Positions 10,440 to 22,370 of a DNA stretch of 28,868 nt are shown here, in pieces; the first letter of the stretch is position 1, and each line of letters starts with the position of its first letter. Both the position numbers and the translations under genes were made by a program. The notes beneath the pieces were generated by a model. That model saw only the letters and a program-made list of their open reading frames with translations, had not been told where the DNA came from and did not search any database. The stretch is taken from NCBI GenBank assembly GCA_002269645.1, contig NIVC01004999.1, forward strand, positions 1 to 28,868, written 5' to 3'. This DNA comes from Macrostomum lignano. Its lineage: Eukaryota.

Positions 10440-10502
10440 GTAAGGTGCATTGAAAAAATATTATTCATATTTTCATTCGCAGGATGGCTGTAGGCACGTC
10501 TT

Positions 10503-10801
10503 CGGCGACATTGTCCCACAACCAACGCTGAGGCCATTCTGTTCATTCCACTGACTCCACAAGCGCTCCAATACTGTACGCAGGCACTCACTCATGCACT
10601 CGCTCACACAGGGTGTGAAGTGCACAAACCCCCCCCCCCCAACCATTTTTCGTGCACACAAGCCCCAAATGTATGAGGCCGCGCGCGGAATCGAACCAGG
10701 GGTCGTTGCGCGAGAGTCAGACGGGCTTACCGCTAGTTCTCTTGATAGCCTCGTATTGGGGTTTTATAATAAAACCTGTTGACAACCCACAATGTCTTTA
10801 A
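10503..10801. mobile_element. Short interspersed element (MITE-like ends) carrying a tRNA-derived Pol III head on the minus strand
   Basis: Minus strand 10750-10675 has an A-box-like TAGCGGTAAG and a B-box GGTTCGATTCC (10697-10687) with a broken acceptor stem. Ends are gacattgtc (10507-10515) and acaatgtct-ttaa (10789-10801). The left part is homologous to the element at 14417. Confidence 0.55.
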
Positions 10802-10926
10802 ACGGACATTGTTCTAAATTCTACTAGCTGTTTCTATCTTCTCGGATACCTTTAAATGACGCCGCGACAATTGTTCTAGTAAAAAAAGATACCCAGCAAG
10901 TTTAAAACCCAACTCGTCACATCTAG

Positions 10927-12405
10927 GTGGCACTGGCCGAGCTGTACCTGCAGAATAATTTTATTGTGAGCATCAATTCGGACGCATTCAGCTATTCGCT
11001 GCTGTCAAAGAGCCTGCTGGCGCTTAACCTCGACGACAACCAACTGCCCTACATTCATTTAAAGTGCTTGAGCCGCCTGGAGACTCTGAGCATTCGAAAT
11101 GGTGGCCTGGCAAATATCGAGCTCAGTTCCATTCCCCAGTCGGAAAGGCTTAGGTGGATCAATCTGACCAACAATTCAATCAGCTCGATTTCCTACAACG
11201 CTTTCAACAATCGTCCAGCCTTGGAGACAATAGATCTAAGGAACAATAGCTTAGAAAATATGTATGCATACAGCTTCAACATGTCGGAGCGTCCAACCTT
11301 AAGCTCTCGTGTTGTCTTGTTAATAAGCGGGCAAAAGGTTAAAACGGTCTGCAACTGCTATCACGTCTACGCTTACATAACAGAGGAAGAGACCGACTTG
11401 GAAAGGACTAACTACCACTATCCAGCGATCCCTAAGCACGAATTGGAAATTACGTCATGCCTATTCTTCTTGAAGGACGGTGCTAACTCAACTAGAAAAC
11501 TAAGTGGTGCATCGTACCGCGAGTTCTTATGTGCCTTCAGTGGCGACTATGAACAGAAATTACCGAAAAAATACTGCGAACAACCCCCACAATCTCAGTA
11601 TGCGTCGTACGCAAATGAACCAATCCCCATAACAGGCCTGACTAACAGCACGTTTGAGTGTTGGGAGACTTGCGTACCCGACTGCAGCTGCTACCACACG
11701 GCCAAGTGGGAGTTGTCCGACCTCAACTGTACCAATATTGATGTAAACATGGTCAGCATACTGCTGCGCATCCCTGTAAAGTACATGTACTTTTCCGGAA
11801 TCAGGGAGTCCGACTATTTCCACAGAATAACAAATTCCACACTGAAATGGGAAACACCAAAACTCCGCGATGCCTTAGTAGTTTTGTTTTTCAACAATAG
11901 CAACATTCGCTACATCGAAGAGAATGCGTTCGTAGATAAAACTTCGATAAAGTTTCTATACTTGGACGACAACAGGCTTGAAAAAGTACCGGCAAAAGCT
12001 TTCTGCTCACCGAATTCAGATCTGATTCGGCTAAGTCTATTGAGAAACAACCTAACTTGGATTGACCCCTATTTGTTAAATTCTAGCTGTCTTCCAAATT
12101 TAAACGAACTCAAGATCAGCAGCAATCCGTGGCACTGTCAGTGTAACGAAATGTGGACAAGTCTTCACAAATCTCTAATTAGTGTGGCGCGCACAACGCA
12201 AGTTGTCCCAGATTTCGAAAGTATGCGTTGCCAAGTGGATCCGGCAATTATTGAAGCCTGCGAATTGAACAGATGGAATGATGCCTGGCGACTTGATTGC
12301 CAAAAAATTCTTTTAAGCAATGGATCTCGCGACTATCCAGTGAGCGATGAGGGCGGACTCGTCAGGGTGTGCGAGCTTATAGCGGACTCGGCAGCACAGC
12401 AGTGA
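10927..12405 (+). CDS. TLR-like gene A, exon 2 up to an in-frame TGA (LRRs, LRRCT, LRRNT, LRRs, LRRCT)
   Basis: Acceptor catctag|gtg is phase 0. Multiple LxxLxLxxN repeats, an internal Cys cluster (CNCYH...CWETCVPDCSCYH...LNC) and a juxtamembrane NPWHCQC. TGA at 12403-12405. Confidence 0.9.
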   Translation: MALAELYLQNNFIVSINSDAFSYSLLSKSLLALNLDDNQLPYIHLKCLSRLETLSIRNGGLANIELSSIPQSERLRWINLTNNSISSISYNAFNNRPALETIDLRNNSLENMYAYSFNMSERPTLSSRVVLLISGQKVKTVCNCYHVYAYITEEETDLERTNYHYPAIPKHELEITSCLFFLKDGANSTRKLSGASYREFLCAFSGDYEQKLPKKYCEQPPQSQYASYANEPIPITGLTNSTFECWETCVPDCSCYHTAKWELSDLNCTNIDVNMVSILLRIPVKYMYFSGIRESDYFHRITNSTLKWETPKLRDALVVLFFNNSNIRYIEENAFVDKTSIKFLYLDDNRLEKVPAKAFCSPNSDLIRLSLLRNNLTWIDPYLLNSSCLPNLNELKISSNPWHCQCNEMWTSLHKSLISVARTTQVVPDFESMRCQVDPAIIEACELNRWNDAWRLDCQKILLSNGSRDYPVSDEGGLVRVCELIADSAAQQ

Positions 12406-13231
12406 AGGCAGATCGTCCTGATCATTCTGTCCTCATTATTCGGTCTCGCGCTGCTCGGTTTCGCGGTGCTCGCTGTCCGCCGTCGACACCGACTGCTGGC
12501 CGTGGTTCGAGTCCTCATCCTCCTCAAGTACCAGAGCAGTCGGCGACTGCAGCAGCAGACATCTCGGGACTCGCTGCCGTACGACGCGATGCTGTGGGCG
12601 TCGGACAGAGACCAGGACTGTCTGGTCGACGTGCTGAACTGCGTGCGCAGCGCCTCGGGCGGAGACGAGCTCGAGCTGTGCGTTCCGGAGAGCTTCCTCT
12701 ACTCGGACCTGTGCTCCTGTCCGCTCACCTACTTTGACTGTCCGGCTGAGGGAGCCAAGTTCAGCGGCAAGGTGGTGGTGGCTTTGTCCGAGAGGTTTCT
12801 CGACACCCAGTACCTGGCTCTGTGTCAGGTGATTCGAGATCTCGACAGCTTAGGTCGGAATCCGTTCAAGGACATCGTGTTTCTGCGCCTGAGCTCGCGC
12901 AGAGTGTCGCTTCAGCGCCAGAGACAGCTCGGACCTGAGGACGTGGAGGCGTTCCACACTCTGCAGAGAATCCTCGCAGGGAGCGACATCGAATACAAGT
13001 CCGTTGACTGGGAATACAGACTCATCGAGCGCATTCGGAACCGAGATCCGGCCGCCGTTCTCGTGTTTGACTCGTCTGTTCCGCCAGAGACTTCAGCGGC
13101 GGCCACGCCCGCGGTAGCTGACCGCCTTGATATTACCGTCGGGACCGCATCGGAGCCTGAAGAGCTATTAGACCTTCCAGGCGAGGGGCAGCCATTAATT
13201 GTGGACGTTGAGCAGACAATAGATTTTATAA
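12406..13231 (+). CDS. TLR-like gene A, exon 2 continuation beyond the premature stop (TM helix, TIR-like domain 1)
   Basis: Same frame as 10927. RQIVLIILSSLFGLALLGFAVLAVRRRHR is a TM with a basic stop-transfer; PYDAMLWASDRD is box-1-like; KVVVALSERFL. Donor a|gtaagt at 13232 (phase 1). Translated only if the stop is read through, absent in vivo, or bypassed. Confidence 0.7.
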
Positions 13232-13339
13232 GTAAGTACACAAATTATTGCGGCACTGTTCTGAAATCGGCTTCAAAACGATGAGCTCGGAATTTCCACC
13301 ATTACCCGTATAATATATTATCATATAACCAATATAAAG

Positions 13340-13752
13340 GAAGCCGCACCATCCTGAGCACGATTCGGGACTGGCCGCCGTTCCACTCGGACAAAGTGCC
13401 GGAGGTCTTCATCCTGTCTGCTCCTGAGTCCGCCTCTGACTCCGAGTCCCGAGCCGACCCAGATTCGAGCTCGAACACCGTCGTCGAGCTCATCGTTCGT
13501 CGCCTCCAAGGCGTTCGGCTCGGCACCAACGACGCGGCCCTGACTGCTCGCTGGCCTGACAACTTCGAGGGCGCCTCGCCAGCCGGCCGCATCAACAGCT
13601 TCCTGATGAAGCGAACTCGCCAGTTCGTGCTGCTGCTCAGCAACGGCCTGCTCAGTTGGCTCAGAGACGAGGCCGAGCTGCAGTGCGAGTTCCAAGCCTT
13701 CCTCGCTGCGAACTCGTTCAGACGCCGCCTGCTGGTAGTTCAGGTTGGACAG
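13340..13752 (+). CDS. TLR-like gene A, exon 3 (second TIR-like domain)
   Basis: Acceptor tataaag|ga is phase 1. EVFILSA...VVELIVRRLQGVRL...DNFEGASPAGRINSFLMKRTRQFVLLLSNGLLSWLRDE..CEFQAF...RRLLVV follows TIR secondary-structure order. Donor cag|gtgaga at 13753. Confidence 0.7.
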
Positions 13753-13857
13753 GTGAGACTCTCGCAATCAGCTGAGTGTGCAGGTCTGAGTTTTGAGTAG
13801 CTTTGCCTCACTGCTGTGTGAGTGAGACATACAGTATCGATCTTTATTCACTCGCAG

Positions 13858-14016
13858 GTGGACAGCCGGTCGAGAGCTCGCTACCGGGCGCTGGCGAATC
13901 AGCGACTGGACGGCGGGGAGTCCGGGCCGGCGACGAACTGGTTCGACATGAGCGCCGAGGACCGCAACGTCGAGGCACTGGGGCTGTGGCTGGATGGCGT
14001 GCTGTACAAGAAGTGA
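13858..14016 (+). CDS. TLR-like gene A, terminal exon
   Basis: Acceptor attcactcgcag|gtg is phase 0. It reads VDSRSRARYRALANQRL...LGLWLDGVLYKK* and is conserved in paralog B. Confidence 0.7.
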   Translation: MDSRSRARYRALANQRLDGGESGPATNWFDMSAEDRNVEALGLWLDGVLYKK

Positions 14017-14416
14017 CTCCTGAGCATGAAACTTTGATGAAGCGCACGAAAAAATTGATAGACAGTAAGAATGTTATCCCAGTTCGACATGTAGAATTTA
14101 AATATTGAAAAATTAAAAGTGCAATAAATTGCAACCGAACATCACTTTTTCATCGTAAAGATCCACCTTAAAAATATACAACATGTGAATTCGAGTGGTT
14201 GCTTCACGTCGACTAAGAGCCACTGGCCGAAAAGAAGAAAGTGCTGGGACTTCCTGCTGAACACAGGCAAAGAGCCGCAAGGCCGCTATCACCCTGGAAG
14301 GAAACCGTTAGCCATCAGATTACTCCTTGGTCAAGCGTCCATCAGCACTGACCTACTGTACACTGGGACCTTATTGTGTTAGTTATAGGCAGGGGCTGTG
14401 TGTACCCTGACGCACT

Positions 14417-14830
14417 TTAAGCGACATTGTCACACAACCGGCGAGAGTCATTACTGCCCATTTCGCCGATTCCCCTGAGCAGGCATACAAGCTCGCGGAT
14501 GCGCACGCAGTCATACGCACAGGCACACACTCACACAGGAGTGCACAGCAGCCCTAACTTCATTTATTGTTAGGCATGTACACTTCACTATGCCTTGTGA
14601 GTTGGCCCTCAATGACGTTAATTACACGAGCAGAGCCAAGCCGAAATTCCAATTTAGCTCCAAAAATGTGACTGCACTTGTGAATCGAGACTGGGCTGCT
14701 GGCACTGCCAGGACCTCAGCGCCAATGAAGCTGCTCAGCAAGTCCTCCCGCCATCACGCCAATCACGGAACAAAAAGATACCCTTTGAAGTGCGCCTTGC
14801 ATAGTGAAAACAGGCGACAATGTCTCTTAA
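14417..14830. mobile_element. TTAA-bounded MITE-like element related to the one at 10503-10801
   Basis: ttaagcgacattgtc (14417-14431) and gacaatgtctcttaa (14816-14830) are 14/15 inverted repeats. It shares gcgacattgtc.cacaacc and ctcacacagg..agtgcaca with the 10503 element. Confidence 0.5.
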
Positions 14831-15049
14831 GCTATCATCCTGAAAGTGCACAAAGTGCATGACATTTGCAAGGGGTCTTGGATGCAACAGTCCCGGCCGT
14901 TAAATGTGTTAAATTGGGTTTCCAATTAAAAGGAGCAATGAACTGACCTACCAACTAGTGTCTCTTTGTTGTCAATATCGAAGTAATAGCCTATTAAAAG
15001 GACAATGATGCAACTGGGGATCGCACGTCCTTCTTTACTAACTCATTCA

Positions 15050-15695
15050 AGCAATCCCCAGACTAACCTTCAAGCAATCCCCAGACTAACCTTCAAGCGA
15101 TCCACAGACTAGCCTTCAAGCGATCCACAGACTAACCTTCAAGCGATCCCCAGACTAACCTTCAAGCGAGCCCCAGACTAACTTTCAACCAATCCACAGA
15201 CTATCAAGCGATCCCCAGACTAACCTTCAAGCAATCCCCAGACTAACCTTCAAGCGAGCCCCAGCCTAACCTTCAACCAATCCACAGACTAGCCTTCAAG
15301 CGATCCCCAGACTAACCTTCAAGCAATCCCCAGACTAACCTTCAAGCAATCCCCAGACTAACCTTCAAGCAATCCCCAGACTAACCTTCAAGCAATCCCC
15401 AGACTAACATTCAAGCGAGCCCCAGACTAACCTTCAAGCGATCCCCAGACTAACCTTCAAGCAATCCCCAGAATAACCTTCAAGCAATCCCCAGACTAAC
15501 CTTCAAGCAATCCCCAGACTAACCTTCAAGCAATCCCAGAATAACCTTCAAGCAATCCCCAGACTAACCTTCAAGCAATCCCAGACTAACCTTCAAGCGA
15601 TCCCCAGACTAACCTTCAAGTGATCCCCAGACTAGCCTTCAAGTGATCCCTACACTAACTAACCTTCAAGCGATCCACAGACTAACCTTCAAGCG
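15050..15695. repeat. 23 bp minisatellite (caagcaatccccagactaacctt), ~28 copies
   Basis: Direct tandem units with small variants (gcga/gcaa, ccac/cccc). Confidence 0.95.
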
Positions 15696-18231
15696 AATCG
15701 GAGTTGATTAAACGCTCATAAGAGCAAAGCGTGACTATGTCAGGGGCAGATGAAAGCTGGTACATGTAGCTCGTAGATGCAGCTATATCAAGTATCACAA
15801 AGTCAAAGGTTAGTGTTGGCGCCAGCGTTCTTGATAGCTATAGCTTTTAAACTTCGTTTTACAACCTAAATCTGACAAATCTGACAATAAATTAATCGGT
15901 GGTAATTACGACATATGAAATTTTAAATATTTTAAAGTCTGGGGATTGCTTGAATGAGTTAGTGAAGGAAGGACGTGCGATCCCCAGTTGCATCATTGTC
16001 CCTTTAATCGGCTTTAAACCAACTGTTTTTACGATTGCACGATGCAAACTTTGTTTTAGATTGTTTTCGCTATCAACCCGTTTGTATTGCTAAAGTCTAT
16101 GCATTTGCCAGCAAGGATAGAGCCTGTGTCAGTTCGGAATTTCAACCTTTGCCAACCGGTTTGTTGTCAGCCTTCTCTCATGACACAAAAAACTGCAGAA
16201 ATTTTTCTCTCTTCGACTGGATACTATCCGAAAAATAGTTGCATACTAGATGACAAAAATAGTTTAGAAGAAAGCATCTATGCTTCCTAACCCTCGTTTT
16301 GCAGTATGTTAATAAAAAAGTGTTCTGAAAACGCCACTAGCTGTACGATATTATGAAGCAGAATGTATGCGCACGAGCTGTGCAGACACAAGAAACGGCT
16401 GAAAGTTCCTTTTTTGTTTTTTATTTAAATCTACCCTGTCTGCAGGGTACTGGCAGACTGGCCAGTACCCTAGGAAGGAAACTGGCAGGGGGTATACTCG
16501 TATTATACTGCAATTGTCTCTTAGACTGCACTGTCTATATATAATTTTCAACCATTATAGAACTAGCATAATAAGAATATGTAATTACATGTACTTGTAT
16601 TCGGATTGGCTCTTCTCCAACTGCTGCATGAACTCGATATGCATGTAAAATCTGAGATGGAGTTTAAATCTGACCTGCTAAATTCAAGCCTGATATTGTA
16701 ATGGACATTATGTATCCTGTGCGACAACATTATCACAATATAAGTTAATTTAGTGCTTCAATTATGCTAGCACGACTCAGCGGGTATGATGTTGCCCCAG
16801 GCGTCAGGTCACTTGCGCGGGTGATAAGCATGCAGCCCATAATCAAACGAAGCTTGCTTTCTGGTTCACAAGGACAGGTAGTGCTGCTGGAAGAAGACTT
16901 CAGCCTCATCAGGCATTGTGGTGAAGGGCGTTGTCCGCGCAGAATAGGGAATCTAGCTACTGCTTCAGATACTCTAACGGCCTCGTTGCTCCCTGGATGT
17001 GTGCAAATGTATTTAGTACATGTTGAAGGCCCAAGTTCTCTCTGTGAAGTGTCTGCATTGTTCTCCGTTGATGAACATTGCAGCTTGAGATCCAGGCTCT
17101 ATGTACGAGTTGGACATAGCCAACAAGAAGATTCAAGTCCATTTAGACTTAACTTGTACATGTACGTCATTCTCGCGTGACACCACGGCATGGTTGTACA
17201 TATTTTTCATCAAGTTGTACCTCGTTAGGATTTCGTCAGATGTCGCAGACTCAGTGGAGTGGTTCGATGGCTTAATTCTGTAGATGCTATTACGGTCGTA
17301 CTCTTGATTCCAAAAGTAAGTAGACCACGATTTATCGTTCAATATCTGTAATGTTTATTAGCTAAATACAGCTTTTCATAGTCTTCTATTGGCTATCGAA
17401 TGTACAATAGATCTGCATCTGCGCCAGAAATATTTAATGACGCTAGCTACAAACTGTTCGATTGTTGACCTGCCCGAGACCTACTGAGCTGTTTTTGCCA
17501 TCGCTCAGGCTGCAGCTATTTTTGCGTAGAACGCTTGTTTTTTCAGGAAATTGTCTACGGAGCAGTAGGAGCAGTAATTGTGCGTACATATTCGAGCAGG
17601 GTTTTTTTAAGACGAGCCTGTCCTCCGCAGGCACGCAATGACTGTACAGTTCCGTGCATGCACAAGAGAGATTAATAGCTAGTGTCTGTCGTGATGTGCT
17701 CAGGTGTGCTCAGGTTTATTATATAGGCTCTCCAACGCATTGCTACGCATACTTAATGATAAATAATATGCAGGAAAGCGAAAAATAAATTCTGCAATAA
17801 GTGTCTGCTATACGAGTAATTAACTTTTTCCAGGTAAGTACGAGTATTTTGTCTGAAACGTTTGGATAGATAAGCGAACAGAAAAATATTTAATCTTGAA
17901 ACATGCCTCGTTTAGTGTTTTCCTTAGCATGATGCAGCTATGCAAATTGTCAAGTCAAGAATCTTCCCGCTTGGTCATTACTTATTATCCATATGCTGAC
18001 GGCTTTTGATGGTTAGTGAAACGGTTTTTACAAGCTCAAAATTTGAAATCGTCGAAAAAGTGTTGCTAAGCTAGCTCCAAGATTCGAGACTTCGATGTTG
18101 TTTCTTCGATTTGATGTTTCGATGTTGTCAAAAATTTTGTCTGGAATGATGTGAAATTCATGTCTACCCGACAATTGACTGCCACAGATTGACTGCCAAC
18201 CCTAACTTAAAAGCAAGCCAAAATTGGCACT

Positions 18232-18430
18232 GGCAGCCAAATGTCACTGACAGTCAAATGTCACTGACAGTCAAATGTCACTGACAGTCAAATGTCACTG
18301 ACAGTCAAATGTCACTGACAGTCAAATGTCACTGACAGTCAAATGTCACTGACAGTCAAATGTCACTGACAGTCAAATGTCACTGACAGTCAAATGTCAC
18401 TGACAGTCAAATGTCACTGACAGTCAAATG
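18232..18430. repeat. 17 bp minisatellite (cagtcaaatgtcactga), ~11 copies
   Basis: cagtc at 18251 and 18268 (period 17); near-perfect units. Confidence 0.96.
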
Positions 18431-19229
18431 ACGATGTTCCGTGAAATTTCGAGCTTGTGAAAGATTTCAAATTCTTGTGATTCCGAAACTTGTGTGGAGG
18501 GCAAAACATCGAGATAACTTTACTTTATGCGACTTAAGCTTGAATGAAAACATTTAATAAAAATGAAACATATAATTTTAATACTGTTAACAAGGACCAC
18601 TGTAGTAGAAGGACTCGGCACTCACGAACCATGGAAAAAGTTTTGAAGGCTGATTTTTAAAGTTTGATGCTGTCTCTTCAGAAACAGATATTAAGATGAT
18701 GAGTTTGCATCCCTACTGCTCATTTGTCTGCCTGTTGCTTTCTTCTGTGATGCATTTGGAGTTCGCAGTAGGCGATTAACTATTTCCAGGTGAATATTAG
18801 AGCAGCAGGTACTTAGCCCCTATAACACAGTATCCATATCTGTACATACTGCCTGTACAGATGTTACAGACATACGCGTGGTAAATTTTGAAAAATCATT
18901 AAGGTTTATAAGCAAATTTTAAAACAATTATGGCATTGTACGAGATAGATGTCTCGTAGTTGAAAAGTCTTACGTTTAATTAGTCTGTGGTACTGGGTAG
19001 CCATTTATTGGAAATAGCTAAGTGTACTAGAAAAAATTGACAGTAAAATGCATGAAAATGAGCAAAGCAGAAATAAAAGGCAAAATGTGAGATCAGTAGA
19101 AACTTGGTATCAAAAATGCGACATTCTGGAAAACAAACATAAATTGACTGAACTCTGAAACAATGCAGAAAAGGTAACTGTAAGGCTATTTATAACTAAT
19201 ACGGTAACACAATAATCATCTTTCTAAAT

Positions 19230-19488
19230 CTGACTAAATTGCTAAATTAGGAATTGCACACCAACAAATAGATTGTGGCTGTACTGACACGGTGTGGAAT
19301 TTCATTTTACTGGTGCGGAAGCCAGTGAGGAGGGGAGTGAGGGGATGGTGGGAAGGAAGGTTGAGAGTAGTAGTGTAGAGTGAGGGGATAGTTAGGAGGG
19401 GAAATGTTACCTGACTGCGCGCGTGCAACTATGTTGATGAAATGAAAACAGGTCGAACGGACCAAACTAATAAATAAATAATAATAAA
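19230..19488 (+). mobile_element. Possible 3' UTR remnant of a non-LTR retrotransposon
   Basis: A purine-rich tract, then a small hairpin ggtc-gaacg-gacc followed by the tail aaactaataaataaataataataaa. Confidence 0.3.
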
Positions 19489-20217
19489 TGGATTAAGAGC
19501 TGAGCTTAGCATCAAACTCAAATTCCTTCAATCTGTAGTGCATAGATATAGTCTACAGATACAGCAAATTTAAGTACTTAAGTACTTATTAAAATTTTCA
19601 CAGAATATTATAATGAGTTGTAAATATTTCCTATCACTACATATAGGCCCTAGTTGTGTTGAACTGCAATTGTTTAGGCTAGGCTATGTTTAGTTGAGAG
19701 AACTAGGACTACAATCATTACAATCAACACAACTTATTAAACCATTAATTTCCAATAAGCAATAAACTGAAGAGATACAAGTTATTTATAAAGCAAAATT
19801 GCATTATACTTAGTGATCTAGGTCAATTAATAGAGTATTCTAAGCTAACATCTGGCTGATTATAGTTCTGGTTTCATTCTGACAAATCAAAACATTAGTT
19901 TTGTTGGTACTAAGCAATAACATTCAATACACGATTATTACAATGCTGTGAAATATAATTAAACCCTCAAAACGCATACAAAGTTTGAATATGGCTACAT
20001 ATTATTGGCTTAGTGAAGAAAGCGAGTAGCAGAGAATTAAAAAATATGGTCGCACAAACAGACACAAAGCGTACGGAAAATCAGCCTTCAATTTTTTTCC
20101 GTGGTTCGTGAGTGCCGAGTCCTTCTACTACAGTGGTCCTTGATCAAAAACACACAAAAAATGACTGTTAACTTCTCCTTCGATTTACAATACCTTGTCA
20201 TAGTACACAGCCAAGCG

Positions 20218-21528
20218 ATGCAAGCACCGACAGAAAGTCTCATACTGCTACTGGCGTGCACTCTGACGGCGCTCCTGCCGGCTGCTGCAGCTGCTCAGCC
20301 TCAGTTGGATGACGATCTGAACAAATACATTCTACTGCCGAAAAACTTCAGTCTAACGCACGAGTGCTGCTGCGAGAACATGATGAACTCGCCCAGGTTT
20401 GACTACTTCTGCCAGGTGTCTGAAAAACCCTACCCGAATGCCAGCTGCATGACTGGTCTGGTAGACTGCTCCGATCTGCCGGGCAGAATCGTGTACAGCT
20501 TGACGATAAACTGTACATCTTACCCATCTGTGACTGTCAATCTGCGAGCTCTCACCGTGGCTCACAACTCAAGCAGCATCGAGAACAAAATCAGCTATCC
20601 GCCACAGCTGGTACATCTAGTGAACTGCAACGTAAACGGTTTCGAAGTTGGAATCCTTGAGCTGCCAGCTGAAAATGTCTCCCTCGATTACGGCATGGAA
20701 GTTGCACCGTTTGGAAGTCCGGATAGGCCGGGCGTTGGCGGTTACTACACTGTTAACGTCACTTATCCGCGTGAATTCCGCCAGGCTGACTGTTGGATGG
20801 TGGAATTGAACATTGAAAATGCAAGCACTCTTTGGTATCTGCCGTCCTACCTGTGTCACAAGTGCAACTCGCTCAAGAACATCTTTATATCTAATTCGTC
20901 AATCGAATGGATCTCGATTCGCGATGTTCTCTCTTTGCATAACGTACGAAGTTTTTCTCTGACCCACAGCCGCCTAAAGTACTTTGCAAGCGACGCTCTG
21001 AGCACAGCTATCAATCTATTAGATAGATACCTGGAAGCTGGAGTGCAAACCGGCTGCATCAATGACACTGAAGCCGCGATCAAAGCTCTAAACTCAATAC
21101 GCAGCCGCACAGGACGGTTGAGTAGCCCCACCCAGCTATACGACACGATGGACACCGCCAATATCGACTTCACCATGCTATTTGGCTACAGATTGAGAAG
21201 CGCTTTCTCGGGCAATAAAACCGAGCCCGCCTGCGACATGCCTGGCAAGATGGCCCTAACCGATCTCGATTTGTCTTTCAACGCTTTGACGGATATACCT
21301 TTCTCAATTAGCATGTTCGATCAGCTGAACCGGGTCAATCTTAGCCACAACAGAATCCGCAGTTTGTACCACGGCTGGATGTGCTGGTATCCGCCAATTC
21401 CCGAAGACCAGAAGAACACTTCAAACCGGCACTGCTATTGGTTCAGAGCGGCTCGAGCTAGTCTGAAGGTCCTGGACTTGTCATTTAACGAAATCAATAT
21501 GATCGGAGAGATACAGCCTTGGCACCAG
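20218..21528 (+). CDS. Toll-like receptor-like gene B, exon 1
   Basis: Leader MQAPTESLILLLACTLTALLPAAAAA. It is colinear with gene A exon 1 (shared PGVGGYYTVNVTYP, IPFSISMF, CWYPPI, HCYWFR, IGEIQPWH). Donor cag|gtgagc at 21529 (phase 0). Confidence 0.9.
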
Positions 21529-22370
21529 GTGAGCTAATTATTAATACTAAATTGTTGGTTATCATTATACAAAGCAATTGAAAGGGAGTCATTGAAGTTT
21601 GGGTTGGTTGTGGCCGTTTCAAGACCCCGCATTCGTAAAGTGTTGGAACACGATGACACTGATATCGCTCACTCTGCGATCCTATCGATATGAGTAATAG
21701 TCGAACCGGTCGATAAATTGAACCTTCGCAGTAATCAGACACCGTTTTATGGCTCAATTATCTTTTCATTTAGCTCTTAGCCGACTACGTAAAAAATTGT
21801 TACAGAATGATCAAACAGATTTTTAGAAACCCATGAGTCGGGCTGTGTCATTTTAATGGTTTTAAGCAAATACTCATTTAAGTAAAAAAGATATAAGCAA
21901 AACAATTTTTGTCTCGAAAAAAGGAAAAAAGTGTTTTTCCCTACTTTTTTCGGTTAATTCTGCCGTCTAATATTTTCAAAGAAACGCAATTGCTTCCCCA
22001 CACTTGGCTGGGCCGTGTCTGTCTACGGTTAAATGCTTTTTCATTTCCTTGGCCAGGCCAAAGAAATGATTGGCTAGGCCAAAGAAATGAGCTCTCAGCT
22101 GGAGAATTCGGCCCAGAGAAGGGAAGAAGCGGAAAGTAAAGCTCTAAACCAAACTGACTGCAATCGATAGCTTTTCGGGCCGGTGGACTAGAAACGCCGA
22201 GACATCTTATCCAGGTTTTTGCATGGGGCTTCCAGTTGATAAAATGAGGATTTCAGGTTAACATCAGTCTCTAGAATGAAGCTTTGCTGTGGGCTCCAAT
22301 CATATGCATGTTTAACTTGAAAAAAATCAGTTAGTTAAGTGTCTCAAAGAATTTTAATATGATTTTTCAG

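Noticed and set aside
10675-10750. Functional tRNA gene on the minus strand
   Set aside because: A and B boxes are present, but the acceptor and anticodon stems are mismatched and it is embedded in a repeated element. It is better explained as a SINE-type head.
12333-13767. Antisense and alternate-frame ORFs over the TIR regions (also 23695-25154)
   Set aside because: Shadows of GC-rich coding sequence. Their recurrence in both copies only reflects the near-identical DNA.
16432-16470. Overlapping alternative hairpins taccctg/cagggta and gggtactgg/ccagtaccc
   Set aside because: Short, with no ribozyme or ncRNA core and no context; likely chance or a MITE remnant.
16764-17342. ORFs 16764-17180 (+), 16957-17142 (-) and 17133-17342 (-) as a gene between the TLRs
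   Set aside because: No recognisable motif and no consistent splice model; could be a decayed element, but unsupported.
19403-19420. U1 snRNA-like ttacctg
   Set aside because: Only 7 nt match; no U1 stem-loops or Sm site follow.
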